A stretch of DNA of 64,000 nt from Magallana gigas (taxonomy: Eukaryota): NCBI RefSeq assembly GCF_963853765.1, contig NC_088860.1:22878001-22942000 (forward strand). The letters run 5' to 3'. Shown one piece after another: positions 13,203 through 26,128 of the stretch (the stretch's first letter is position 1; each line of letters begins with the position of its first letter). The translations under genes were made by a program, and so were the position numbers. The notes below the pieces were generated by a model that was not told the DNA's origin, made no database searches, and saw only the letters and a program-made list of their open reading frames with translations.

Positions 13203-13713
13203 TTAGAAAAGTACTTGTTGATTTTACCTACAGATCTACGGATCACGTTTACAAAATTACGATCATGTAATCATCGATTCCCCATTGAAACAGGTAGATG
13301 GCATAATATTGAAAAACATTTAAGAAAATGTACAATGTGTGATTCTAATAGTATTGGGGATGAATTTCATTATATTTTAGAATGTACATATTTTGTAAAC
13401 GACAGAAAAATGTTTTTACCCAAGAGATATTATGAAAACCCAAATATGATAAAATTTAACGAGCTCATGAATACTTTTAATGTAGAAAAACTAAAAAACT
13501 TGTCAATATTTAATAAGAAAATTTTCAAAGTCTGTTCTTCCAGAAACCAACTTTAACAACCTATTGTATTGTGATTTTAACTTTTTTTTTGTCATTATTA
13601 CTTCTACTGTACATGTGATCCTTGACTGTATTCGTGTACATTTGTATATACTGATTTTGAACCTCAAATACTAGTGAACTGGTCTTGAGCGAATAAAGAA
13701 TTGAATTGAATTG
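13203..13713 (+). mobile_element. 5'-truncated non-LTR retrotransposon 3' end (RTE-X-like clade, inferred)
   Basis: Encodes LEKYL...KLRSCNHRFPIETGRW...RKCTMC....GDEFHYILEC, the C-terminal CCHC region of a LINE ORF2. AATAAA at 13692 is followed by a (TTGAA)n tail. ACACT is duplicated at 13198-13202 and 13714-13718. Confidence 0.85.
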
Positions 13714-13844
13714 ACACTCAATGACATATATATAAATTATACACCTAAATTCACAGGGGCATCGTATCCATTCTACTCTCTATGACATATATATAAATTA
13801 TACACCTTAATTCACAGAGGCATCGTATCCATTCTACACTCTAT

Positions 13845-13847
<3 letters not shown>

Positions 13848-13918
<71 letters not shown>
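13848..13918. repeat. (TA)n microsatellite
   Basis: Seen directly. Confidence 0.98.
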
Positions 13919-13922
<4 letters not shown>

Positions 13923-14327
13923 GCCGTACGAGTTAACAACGCGGGTTCAAATTTTCCTTTATTAACTCGGACGTCAATTTTTTAATTAGCTAATTAACTT
14001 AATCAGGCGTGAAATTGGCAGTCGATTGATTACTTTATAGCGATCGGCGACAGTATCAACACCTTTAAGAATGTGATCAAATGATGTGTATAATGTAGCT
14101 GTTCTTTTTCATAGTTTCTTAAGAAGTTTAGTAGTAGCTTTAGATTTTGCTTTCTTTGTTTTTCACTTATGTAATTTATTTTTTGGTCCTGAAGAAGGGA
14201 CGGGTTGTCCCGAAAATATGACAATTTCTATTGCTCGTGTCGTTAGCCATTTTTAGTGCTTTATATATTCAGTTTACTGGCTTAGTATCTATATATTAGA
14301 TCCGACACCTTAAAGATGCCTAGTGTT

Positions 14328-14462
14328 NNNNNNNNNNNNNNNNNNNNNNNNNNNNNNNNNNNNNNNNNNNNNNNNNNNNNNNNNNNNNNNNNNNNNNNNN
14401 NNNNNNNNNNNNNNNNNNNNNNNNNNNNNNNNNNNNNNNNNNNNNNNNNNNNNNNNNNNNNN
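14328..14462. other. Assembly gap (135 N)
   Basis: Run of N in the sequence. Confidence 1.
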
Positions 14463-17400
14463 CATAGAGTGTAGAATGGATACGATGCCCCTGTGGTCAA
14501 TCCTTTTGACTCGTCGCGGACAATTGTCGTGGATTAAAAAATACTTATGATTACGTATGATTGAATTTTTAAAAGGTCCAGTTGTAACGTAATGTATTTA
14601 AACTGAGTTTCTTTAACCATTAGTTTATGTACATGTGCATTGTTTTTTGTTACTGAACTCAATTTTAAGCTGAACATGACTCGTATTTAAATATGAAGAC
14701 CAATATTAACTTTGTTTAAATTTTTCTCCCATATCGACACTGGGGTATAATCACATTTTATTCACGGATTGTGTATTTTTTGTTTTACAATACTCGCCGT
14801 ACCTTCATTTAAGCATCAAACTTTTTCTTTTGTGATTCATGCGAGTATGAAGATAAACGTCGCTAGTATTGCAGAAAAAAAATATTGCAATTTAAATTGG
14901 AATTCGCAAATGTTATTAAACATCCTCAAAAATTACCACCAGTAATTGGCCAGCGTTGATATGCTTCTTATGCCAACTATGTTGAAATTTGGTCAACTCG
15001 AGCTTGAGCTCATTAAAATATTTAAAAATAGGTGTCAAGAGTGATTCTTACCATAATTCAATTGGCTTCCTCAAATGGTTGTGATAACTGTCATCTTGTA
15101 AATTAAATGCAAAATTTACAGCATAACAAGTTTTAAGTTGTAAATTTTGTATTTACTGCCATCCGGTAAATTGAAAATTTGCAACAAGACATAACAAACG
15201 GCTGAACAACAGCATTATATGTGTTTTATTAAACGAGTCCTGTTTCAATAAAAAATCTCGTAATTGTGGATTACAGTTATAAAGAATGACATAATAAAAA
15301 CTTAAATCATATATCTTGTTTCTCTTGCCTATCATGGTTAACTAAAAAATATCTAATGCTACGTCGAAATTTAATGCAATACGTAAAAAGCTGGATGGAT
15401 ATTTAGAAATTTTATTTCCAAAAGTCAAGATTATTTTTGTTGTTGTTAAAAATAGCCGTTATGTTTGTAAACTTTTCATTCAAATCATGTTTTTTTTCCT
15501 GTTTGTTAACGTTTTTAATGCTATTTAAAGAAATGAGCTCATTGAAACAAGTTATATTGATTGTCACGTGTCAATTTGTATCAGATGTGGTATAATTTAT
15601 TTTAATCAAATTACTTCATTTGCAAACAAAAACCTGACATGGTTTTGGTTACATAATAAATACTTCGGGAGCTCTGAATTATGTATCTCACATGCTGGAC
15701 TTGACTTAAGAGGATCATGAGAATCTTTCATTTATACCATTATCACGTCTTTAATTAACAAACACGTCCTTATTCAATTCTTAAGACAGCGAAATGGATG
15801 TATGTAGGTATTGGTAAGGCCGATTTCGAGTACCATCAGAAATTAATAAATAGCTAGCATCTCGAGTATACCAAACATATTGTGTACTTTATCGCATGGC
15901 ATGTACATTAGAAAAAGACAATACACAAATTATGTTATAATCATTACTTGCGTAATACATGTAAATAATAGTTTGTTTTGATATTTGAAAAAAAAAACAT
16001 GAAAATTTTATGACCATTGATCTATGTGATGTAAGAATACTTCCTTTGATTTCAGAATTTAAACGATTATTTATCATGGATGTAGCATTGTGATAAGTTT
16101 TTCAAGAGAGAATAACCCGTTGATGTTAAAACATTAAAAAATTAAAACAATCTCAATTAAATCATATATAGATTACTTGAATAGAATACAACATAAACTC
16201 ATAATAGTGTATCTTAACTATTGGTTGCCAAGGACAGAGACACAATATGGTGAAAGTTTGTTGCCAGCATTTTTTTTGTTGCCCCTTAGAGATTCGAAAC
16301 GGTGAGAAAATATAACTTGGATTAGACAAAAAAAGAGATTCGGAATAGTCAGATAGTCGTATCTGGAATGCTTAGATTAGACAGAGGTACAAAATAATGG
16401 GAAAGAAGAAGCCGAAATATTGGTGGTACATTTTTTTTCGCGAAAAAAAAATATGTAACGTAATATTAAAGCTGAGGTATAAACAATTCTAAATTAAATT
16501 GAAGGAATGGAGAAAAAGGCATTGACATGAAAAGTCAAACGCAGGAAAGGATGTCAGCTAGAATAGTACATAATTCATCTTGAACTGTTCATAGATTTTA
16601 ATAACGATGCAACTATTGAATAAAGTTACCTGAATTTGATACGATGTTTAATTAATCATAAGACCTGATGATCGCTAAATCTTATCTAATAACTAAACGT
16701 ACATGTCTGTATTAAGTGTTAATGAGATGAGAATGTGATGATTTTGATTTTGGACAAATCCCCTTCGAAGATTGCGGAATCGATCGATGACGTCACGTAA
16801 CTGTTAATTTAAAACTCTCAGCTTCATTACGAGGATGATAGAAAGGCGGAGATCATGAAAAGCACATACAGCAAACAGGGTTGAGATAGCTGTTGCCAAA
16901 GGTTGGTGAAAACTAACATTCTATGTTCTTCGCAAAAAAAAAAAAAAATTATGATTATTAATTTTTCAATTTCAAATGTGATGTACTGTATATGTTTAAT
17001 GTTTAAGCCTGGTAAGCGCCTTTGCTTTTTCTTATAGATTTAATTAAGGTCATCGTTCGATCAGATAATTAGTTTTGGTTCGTTCTGATTCAAAATATTT
17101 TCCAAGTGGATATTGCCAGATAAAAGGTCGAATAATAAGGGGGAATGTAACTTTGCCCATTTAGAAGCATGACCTTTGATGATAAAACGTTTACTTCTAA
17201 GGAATATAGTTTGTTTTTTAACAAACAGTACATATACAATAATAAATACAAGATAGCGTATGAATATAAATCTTAAGTTATAGTTCCAAAAATTTACTGA
17301 TTACATGTATATGCTAAAATGCGCATACAAGCATTATTCTGGCCAATTTAATATCTCCACACAGTGAATTAATAAAAAAAAATGTCATTTCAAGGATTAT

Positions 17401-17597
17401 TTTCTCTTTGGTTCAATTAATCACTATAAAAAACCGCGAAAATTAAGATTTGCTTTATTAAGAATTAAAGACAACATTTACCGTCATAATTTTAAAAACA
17501 TACAGCGTGTCTCTAAAACTATTACTGTAGAGATAAAATCAAACAGGCGATCCATATAGTCATTATTGTCTGTATTTGTTAATTCAGGTTAGAGAGC

Positions 17598-20500
17598 ATG
17601 GTGTTTTTCAAGAAGAGAGGCCAAATCCGGCCGTCGTCCAAAATGGGACAGTCCATAAATAGTTCCATGGGGTCCATGACGCCGTCCCAACTTAACACTC
17701 TCATCATGGACATGCTGAGTCTGCCTCAATCGGAGAACGCCTGCAAGACACTGTGTAGAGGTGAGAGTTCAACAAAGAATCTGTGTCCGGGTCCTTTAAA
17801 TGAGCTCGTTGGTCGTGGCCATATTTAGACCACTTTGATCTTCTTGAGAAAGAGAGTTCTACATTTTGATTTAGGAGAATTATCAAATTTTAAAGCTTTA
17901 TTATTTGGATTTTTTCTTTACTAATGTTAGTTTATTGTCAAAAATACCATATGCCAAAGTGTAAGACAAATCTGATGGTAAGTGTGTTGACCACTAATGA
18001 CCTGCCTCCTTAATAAGATAAATAGACAAAAGCAATGCCGTAAACAAAATCATGCTTAAAAATGCGTTAAACAGTAAAAAATATCCTGGTAAAAAACAAT
18101 CCGTTTCAATCCACTCTGATGATTTCAATGAACTATGTTAACACAGCTATTTGAACGGTAGTTGATGATAATTGCAGTTGACCTTCATGTTTTATTTTTA
18201 ACTTACAAAAAAAATTCAAAGCCTAAAACAGAAGTAGAAAATACCAATTCCTTCTGTTTATGTAAACTCTTCTAGGCACCATGCATAATAGATAATGAAA
18301 CATAAAATGCTACATGTAATATGATTCAGATTGTCTTTTTGTTTAGGTATTTGTGTCTGCCAGATTTTTTGAAAAAATTGCCTTTAACATGAAATGCATC
18401 ATACTTTAAAATCATTGTTTTAATCTGTGATTTCTATTCTTAGTTAAGGAAACAAATATATTTTAAATATGAGTTTAGTTTATACTATCAAATTTGATAT
18501 ATATTATGAATTGCTTGTACATAACTCAGACCAAGAATCTCTACCCCCCCCCCCCCCCCAAAATGAAATTTTTTACTTTAATGCAAAATAAATTCATCTC
18601 ATGCACTTATGCTTTAATCTTAATGTCTTTTTGCTAATATTGGCCAGACCAAGGGCTTGCTATTTATGTTTTTGAATTATATATTTCACATTTAAGGAGG
18701 ATGATTCGGGTTTTTGCGTAAAAAATACATTTACAATAGGAATACATAGGAAATTGTCATTTTCCACATTTCGAGGCCGATTTGAAAAAAAAACTACAAT
18801 AGCGATTTTACTTAAATTGTGAAATGTGATTATCAATATCATTTTCTTAATTCTACCATCTGGTTTTTAATGGGGCTCATCTCAAAATATCAAAACATTA
18901 AAACTGAAGAAAATATCACTATATTTTGATATATATTTAGAGCATTAAAAATGTTTATTTGTACAATGGATTCATTCAAAAATTGAGGAAAATCTTAATC
19001 ATAATTCTTGAACAAAAATGTCAAAGGCGCACACTTTTTACTTTTTTAAATGTTATTTCATATAACGTACTCCTACAAAGCTTCATTTTATCATAACGTC
19101 ATAAAAGCACAGTGGCAACGCTCACCTACAGTACAACGGAAATTTATTTAAAAAATTAAATTTTCGGTAAAAAATCTGAAAAATTCTCAACTGTTATTTG
19201 TTTATTATGTTCTATTTCATTAATAGTTTTGAAACGATTTCATAAAGGGTATAAATACATTGTATTTACTATATTGCGCAAAAACATTCGCAATGATAAA
19301 AAATTAATCTACTTCGCTGAGGTAGTTGAACTCTATACACTAAAGGAACACAAGTGTACAAATAAACAGAAAAAAAACGGGCGCCACAAGTAGACATTTG
19401 ATTTTATGTTAATTCCATTTTTTGTCAACATTGTTTTCTATATAATAAATGGCTTGAACAATTTAAAATTTAAATCATGACAAAATTAATAAGGATACAA
19501 ATAATAAGATATATACAAACAAAATTTACGATAAAGACATGGACAATTTTAGAAAAATTGCTTTTTTAGACAACCCAATTACCAATTCTGGAAAACGAAA
19601 GCAGCTGTTGAAAATGCTATTGATTGTGCTCCTCCCCATGGGGATCCTGGTGGGAATGATGTCCAATGTGTTTGTTTCCGTCCTGAAGAACTATGTCGAG
19701 TCGTCTGAAATCCGGAGTTCTCTGTTCTTCTCGTAAGTGACCAATCATTACAAAAAACATGCCACCGCCTCTTGTGGGTGTAAATGGGCACGTTTAAAGC
19801 GTGTGTTAACAGGACTCGATATATGTCTGTTGTTTACATTGATTTAATATACTAGTAAACGTTCTTTTCTGACTGATTTTTCTATCTGCTAAATTCGTTG
19901 TGAACAGAAATAAACAGTTTCTAGCATGTGCCACATACATGTATACTAGTATTTAAAGCATTAACCTTGAATTTTCTTTTCAACATTCAAAATGTTAACA
20001 AAAACATGACATGAACTTTGTTTTTATAACATATATTTGTAAACTCTATCAATATATAATATATATTAATATAGTATTGTATCTTGCTTATAACTCGACC
20101 ACTGACATTCAAATTACTACTACCTTATACCTACCAACTAGTTCGTCCAATTCATAACGTACTGATGACTTGTAAGCATGTTCCTACATTCGCTTCCTCT
20201 GCAAAAATATACCCGAGTCATGCAAGATTATTCAAACTTATTAATTTACGCCTGTCACAGACAGACAATCGTTAATAAGGAAATAAACAGCAAGTTAAAA
20301 AAGTTCACCGGGGTGTGAACTTGGTTGGTCCTGTGGTGAAATCCTGTTCGTGAGGCCCGAAGGCCTTCTTAGAAGATTTGATCACATACCAACCAAGTTC
20401 ATATCCCGATTAACTTTTTAACATTGCTGTTTATTACTTATATTTTCATTTGAAAAGGGCAAACCAATAAGAGCTGTCAAAATTACCAAGATTTTATGTA

Positions 20501-22627
20501 TACAATAATCCAACCAACCGCTTGAGCATTATGATCATTGTGACGTCATGAAAAAGTTAAATTAGTACAGAAGTGAACGTTTCCTAATTCTGTAGGTTCA
20601 TACAAGGAATCATATTTGCAAATCTGTACATTTAAACAATGTAATGCTTTCTTTGGTGATTTATGCGGGATAGGAAGGTGGCACCTTTGCTAGCCAAAGG
20701 TCTTCGTTCCACTCCGTTCCCCATTATGGGAAGCGGAGTGGACCGAAAACTCTTGGCTAGGAAGGCGGCGACATTGCAGAAAAAATACATAACATGCGTT
20801 AACGTGTTATAAAATTTTTTATTCGCTGTCTTCATAACCTGCATGAATCTTCAAAGAAAGCATTTATTGTTCATATTTACATCTTTCTTTTAACAAATAG
20901 TAATATATAAAATGATTGTAAAAAGTAAGTAAAACTAACTAAATTACTGTTAAAGTACATCAGTACTTTAGCTAAAAAAAAAAAGTCAAATCGTCTCCTA
21001 TGAGAATTTGAGTCTGACATCATCATTATCATTTCTTGCAATCCGTGAGTTTTCTCAGGTCGCTGTAGGTTTCGACCAATCGACAATGGGGCGTGTAGAT
21101 TTCAGTTTTGTCAGTTTCTACAAATTATGAATAAGTTTCCGTAAGAAATAGAGGGAATCATACTCAAAAGATGTAAAAATATAGCAAGTATGTAATTTGA
21201 ATCGAAATAAATTATAAAACTATTACCGCCATTACTAACGGCCCCCACTATGCTTACTTGTGTAATATGTGCCACATAAAAATATATATATTTCTAATCT
21301 TTTTAATTGACATTTTACATGATACAAGTGGTTTTGATATTTTTGTTAGTGGGTTCTAAGGAGCAAAGTTTGGACAAACAACTTCAAACATGATACAAAA
21401 ATGACACTATTATTTTACTTTTTAACAACTTACACGATGTCATATTTTCAGTATCGAGCTCGGTCAAATGATGCGGTATCTGCAAAGAGAACGCGACATG
21501 AGCGCCCTCTATGTAAGCGCCATTGGTATGGAGACCAAGAACCTACTACTTCGACGGTACCCAGAAACTGACGCGGCGGTCGACAACATGTCGTACTGGC
21601 CAGTCAGGATGAGTAACAAACGGCTCGAATTTCAGTCTAAGGACAAATTCCTGCTGTACCTCAACCGACATAGGTATCAGCTGGACCAAATGCAAAACAG
21701 AACCTCTAAACAGGAGATCGAGTTCTACACCAGCCTGATAGATGTGTTCATCTTGTGGCTGTACGAAAGTGTGTCCGAGTCCCGGAGCGGTGCAATATGG
21801 AAGACGTTGGTGGCCTATCAGGAGATTATCGTAGCCAGTGAACACATCGGGCGAGAACGAGGCTTAGGCGTGACCTATTTTGCAAAAGGTGGATTTGATA
21901 CCAAAGAGGATTACTTACTTTTTTTGGAAGCTCAAATCAACTCCAATATCAGTTTTCAATCTTGTAAACGCTACTCTGATCTTGCATATCAGATGCATGA
22001 GGAACAGCTTAAAAGTAAGAATGAACTGCTGGTCCAGATAACCAGCCTGAGATTGATGATACGCTCCAACAAGAGCAGCATCCAACTAAATGCGTCTCTG
22101 GAAATGGCCAATTACTGGTTTGAAAACATGACCTACTATCAGGAGACAGTCAGAGAAACGCAGAAGAAACTGGCAGAGAAAATTGACAAACAGCTGACAA
22201 TCCGAGAAAACGAAGACCTGGAGGTAATCGTGTCGATCAGTTGTATCTTTGCTGCTGTTATGATCATCTGTCCATTGGTAGTTACTGGCGTCTACAAGCT
22301 AACTGTCCAGATACAAAACTACTCAGTGACTATTGCAAACAGGTTGGTCTTCTCTTTTTTTTCATTTAAGATAGGTTGAAATAGGAAAACAATGTGCATG
22401 ATTTCATGATGTGCGACTGTGTAATTGTAGAACAAAAGCCTTGAACAAAGAGAAAAAGAGAACTGACACTTTGCTCTACCAGATGTTACCTAAGTCGGTG
22501 GCAGAGCGACTGAAGAGCAATGAAGTGGTAGAGGCTGAGCACTTTCCAGAGGCGACCATCTTCTTCAGCGACATCGTGGGCTTCACCAAAATAGCATCCT
22601 CAAGCTCACCATATCAGGTTTTTCGCA

Positions 22628-22668
<41 letters not shown>

Positions 22669-24656
22669 CACACATCATTCTGTCCATATCTCAATGTCTT
22701 TCATCTTTTCTTTTTCTTTGGTCAATCCAATCATTCTTTTTTCCCTTTTCATTAGATGATTTTTCCTTTTATTAAGGTGGTCGATATGTTAAACAATCTG
22801 TACACGTGCTTTGATGGGAGGATAGATACGTATGATGTGTATAAGGTGGAGACCATAGGTGACGCCTACATGGTTGTTTCGGGTGAGCTCCCCTTTTTTT
22901 AAATTTACGAACATGTAGAGCGTTATTTTTATACTCCCCCCCTTGCAAAAACAATCTCGAATTTTTTATTTTTAGCGAAGTGTAACAATGCTTACTAAAT
23001 TTTAATATTTTGTTGTTTCCTACTGATACCAAAAATGCAGCTTTACAAATAGTGTCCTTACAATAATACATTTAAAATAGAAACATATGCACTGAACACT
23101 CGATGCACGCTTGTGCTTCACTTTTTTGCCAGCAACGTTATAATATTCTTTTACACAAATTCAGTCATAATATCATGAAAAAAGATTACATTAAAACCAG
23201 TAGAAATTAAACTAGCTTAAGTTATAAAAAGACGCACTGTATTGTTATCTAGTCCGAGCTTTCCTTATAAAATCTTATGATGAAGAAGTGGTCCCCTTCC
23301 AGAGTAAATGAAATGATTAACCTACTGATTAAAAAAATGCCTCTTTTTTTAAACAGTTGATACCTGCGTTTGTTAATTGACAGGTGTCCCTCGACCGAAC
23401 GGAAATCGACATGCTGCGGAAATAGCGTCCATGGCGCTAGACTTGGAGCGCACTGTCAAGGACGTGGAAATTCCTCATTTGCCCGGGATGACCTTCAGTC
23501 TGCGTATTGGTTGCCATACTGGTATGTAATATTGGAACAGTTTATTTTCTAATTCCAAACGATTCTGAATCTAAAAGAATTCACTTATCTAAGTATTAAT
23601 AAAACTATAAAATATTGATAAATCACATATGTCAGTTCTCTTTGGGCTAATCGGCAAACAAAATTTGAGTTTCATTCGTCAAGTTATATGCGAGTTAAAG
23701 AGCTTAAAAGTTTTTGCAACGTAAACAAAGCTTTTGTTTATACTATGAATGTTGAAGTGAAAATCCTGCTTTAGACCTAAACTGAATGTGTTAAACGTTA
23801 GGAACTATTTATTTATGCTTAAAATGAATAAGAAGATAGACAAATCAGCATGAAAAAAGATTTTTTTAATGGTACATGTATATTGAACTTATGTAAACAA
23901 AAACAGGGGACGAGCCTTGTTTACTAGTACATGACAGAGAATTGTGAGCCCTGTATCTTGCTTATATCTCTACTTATATATGACTCTCAAATTTCATTTG
24001 ATCATTAGAAATGTATTCCTAAAGCATTGTAAATAATAAAAAAAGAAAAATAGAATTTGACCAAAATCGTGACCATGCCCCTTTAAGTGGACGGGCCAAA
24101 ACGGCTGCCAGACCCATCTCAAAATATTTTGACAAGCTAATTGAAATGTAAGAAAATAGTGCACGTGAAAGAGCCTTTATATTTTTTGTATATGAATTTA
24201 AGACAGCTTGGGCCGATGTCCAAAATAAAAAACTAAAGGGTTCACTCTACCTAACACAGTCCATTGTTGCTATTGGATAAAGGTTATCTAAGATATGCCA
24301 TATAAGTGATCAAATGGTAATTTTAACTTCACTTTTTGACCCCCGACAACAGGTCAAGTGGTAGCAGGTGTCGTGGGAACTAAGATGCCAAGATACTGCC
24401 TCTTTGGCGATACTGTCAACACAGCCTCTAAGATGGAGTCCTTGGGAAAGGGTATGTACCTGGTTCCTGAATGGAATCGCCCAATCTTTTTGCTGACACT
24501 ATAAATAAAAGGTTAAAAAAGCAATGGTTGTCATTGATAGAAAGTATTATGTCTTCATTCAAAGCGAACAAGATTCACATCAGCCAGACGACATACGATA
24601 TTTTGCTATCCATTGGCGGGTTCAAGATGACGGAACGTTTGGATGAAAGTGTTCAG

Positions 24657-24736
<80 letters not shown>

Positions 24737-24899
24737 AATGTCAAGCATAGTATGTGCTTGAAATAAATTTTTTCTTCCTTTTAAATTTTAGGAGGACCTG
24801 GATTTAAAAAATCACTTTAAAGGAACTTTTCAAACTTACTGGCTTTTGGGATCCATGAAGTTTCCCGCCGATGAGAGATCAACAATGTCAGATGAGTAA
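17598..24899 (+). CDS. NIT-domain membrane guanylate cyclase, copy 1 (648 aa, 9 coding exons)
   Basis: Exons 17598-17760, 19570-19732, 21452-22342, 22431-22617, 22777-22882, 23384-23521, 24353-24451, 24565-24656, 24792-24899; all GT-AG, 1947 nt in frame. TM1 ([16 protein letters not shown]) precedes a NIT-type region ([39 protein letters not shown]). TM2 ([19 protein letters not shown]) precedes the signalling helix ([14 protein letters not shown]) and a class III cyclase with GTP-specific motifs ([33 protein letters not shown]). Confidence 0.92.
20275..20441. mobile_element. Palindromic non-autonomous element (about 165 bp)
   Basis: Long imperfect inverted arms (ATAAG.AATAAACAGCAA.TTAAAAA.GTT..CGGG.T.TGAACTTGGTTGGT) surround a central AGGCC-CGAA-GGCCT hairpin. 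Confidence 0.7.
20634..21185 (+). mobile_element. About 550-bp non-autonomous element with terminal palindrome, copy 1
   Basis: Palindrome at 20634-20871 followed by an AT-rich spacer and body. It aligns by eye along its whole length with the inverted copy at about 41465-41937 (e.g. AAATCGTCT..TGAGA.TTTGAGTCTGACATCAT, GGTCGCTG.AGGTTT.GACCAATCGA, GTAAGAAATAGAGGGAAT). Confidence 0.72.
20690..20760. mobile_element. 71-bp fully palindromic mini-element nested in the 20634 element
   Basis: CTAGCCAAAGGTCTTCGTTCCACTCCGTTCCC-loop-GGGAAGCGGAGTGGACCGAAAACTCTTGGCTAG; absent from the homologous copy at 41.8 kb. Confidence 0.6.
22631..22666. repeat. (TC)n microsatellite in NIT-GC1 intron 4
   Basis: Seen directly. 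Confidence 0.98.
23704..24086. mobile_element. Partial TTAA-flanked MITE (Kolobok-like, inferred)
   Basis: Ends in TTTGACCAAAATCGTGACCATGCCCCT followed by TTAA, a terminus I recognise from bivalve non-autonomous elements. The other end is truncated. Confidence 0.45.
24660..24735. repeat. (GA)n microsatellite abutting the splice donor of NIT-GC1 exon 8
   Basis: CAG|GTAAGAGAGAGA...; explains the spurious ER-repeat ORF at 24471-24761. Confidence 0.98.
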
Positions 24900-26114
24900 G
24901 TATTTTGGGTGGAACAAATTTTATACTGATCTACACATCCAGGTCATATGCGTCCTGTTTATCTGAAAAGCCTCCATTTGCTGGAAGGAGATGGGTTGTG
25001 CGTTGAGTGATGTTAATCGATTTTTTTAAAATTTAATATTTTGTTTTTTTGTTGTAGTCAAAGCATGGATATGGATTATTAAATGTTAACATTTTATATT
25101 TGACTGCGACCACATGTTTCTGAGATATAGTTGAGGGCAGGGAAATTATTGGAATGATATATATCCTCAGCTTAAGATCTAACATTTGCAATGTCAATAT
25201 CAAATAATTTTTCTTTTCATTTCACATGTTTTGTCAACATTATTAAAACACTTTGTTGAAATTGATATTAGTTTTCATTAGTTTTTGTATATATAATTAA
25301 AAAAAAATGTGTATTCAGTTTTTATTCAATCAATTTGTGTTTTTGTACATACATTTATATCATTATCGGTCTATCTTTAATAATGTGAGCTACAAAAACA
25401 AAACAAGTCCATTGTGTATATATATACTACTTTCTTTTTTGAAAATTCATTTGACTCTGTGTTCACTTTTTTAATCGGAAAAGCCTTTTGCAATAAAGCT
25501 ACCTGTGCACAATTAGAATTGCTTCTGAATGTTGTCGTCAAATTTATTTTAGACGCTTGATTGTTTTGAAATGTTAATAGAAATAAAAATTTATCACTGA
25601 AACAAATAAAAATATGTGCAACATATCAGAGCACGGTTTTGTATATTTCAGGGATACGTATCTCTGGAAAAAAAGTTTCAAATCCAACTTTTGAAACATA
25701 ATCCAACTTTTGAAACATATCTTTCCAATTTTATATTAAATTTTTCTTTTAGATTTTGTGGTTATGTAGTTTTCAAAAAACTGTGTTCAAGAAGCAGTCT
25801 AAAAACAAACTACTAGTAATTGTGAAAGTTGAGTAGTGGTGGTACGTGGTGGTACGTGCTGAATTTGGCCAAGATTTCGACTAAGTTTTAAAACAACGTA
25901 TACAGATCATTCTTTTGAAATTAAGATAGTGAGATGTACAACACACATTCATCTTTTAAAAAAACCATAAGATAAAGTTTGTACAACGAATAAAGTCAGT
26001 GTCTATATAAAATACCAAAAATTCTTTTCTTCAACTATCCATAACAAGTGAAAACAGGTAAGTTAGTTATTGTTGTCGTCGGTCAGCAGGTTAAATAGAA
26101 AGAACAGTTTGAAG

Positions 26115-26128
26115 GTTACCATGGTAAC
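26115..26128. promoter_or_regulatory. Perfect palindromic RFX X-box (GTTACCATGGTAAC)
   Basis: Exact match to the X-box consensus GTHNYY-AT-RRNAAC. It lies about 100 bp downstream of TATATAAAA (26004) and near a GT donor at 26058. Confidence 0.5.

Larger units (their letters stand above)
13175..14495. mobile_element. Non-autonomous TIR element with 61-bp tandem terminal units, internal (TA)n and 7-bp TSD
   Basis: Left end (A)ACAGGGGCATCGTATCCATTCTACACT at 13175 is the reverse complement of AGTGTAGAATGGATACGATGCCCCTGTG ending at 14495. GTCAATC flanks both sides (13168-13174, 14496-14502). The left unit recurs at 13752 and 13813 (61-bp period). Confidence 0.62.

Noticed and set aside
13104-13556. 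150-aa ORF as a stand-alone gene
   Set aside because: It is a chimera of flank, TIR-element end and LINE fragment; only the part from 13203 is LINE-derived.
13719-13847. Regularly spaced repeats resembling a CRISPR array
   Set aside because: Eukaryotic context, no unique spacers and no cas genes; they are 61-bp tandem units of a transposon end.
16788-16795. Full CRE palindromes TGACGTCA (also 20541 and 42584)
   Set aside because: An 8-mer alone is too weak. The 16788 site could be real for NIT-GC1, but no TSS evidence is available.
21452-22342. Recent bacterial HGT or contamination as the source of the NIT domain
   Set aside because: The domain sits within spliced animal genes with conserved intron phases in both paralogues, and NIT-GCs are already known from other invertebrates.
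24471-24761. ORF with an ER-repeat tail (and SL-repeat tails at 22411-22755 and 26726-27916)
   Set aside because: Read-through of real exons into intronic (GA)n or (CT)n microsatellites.
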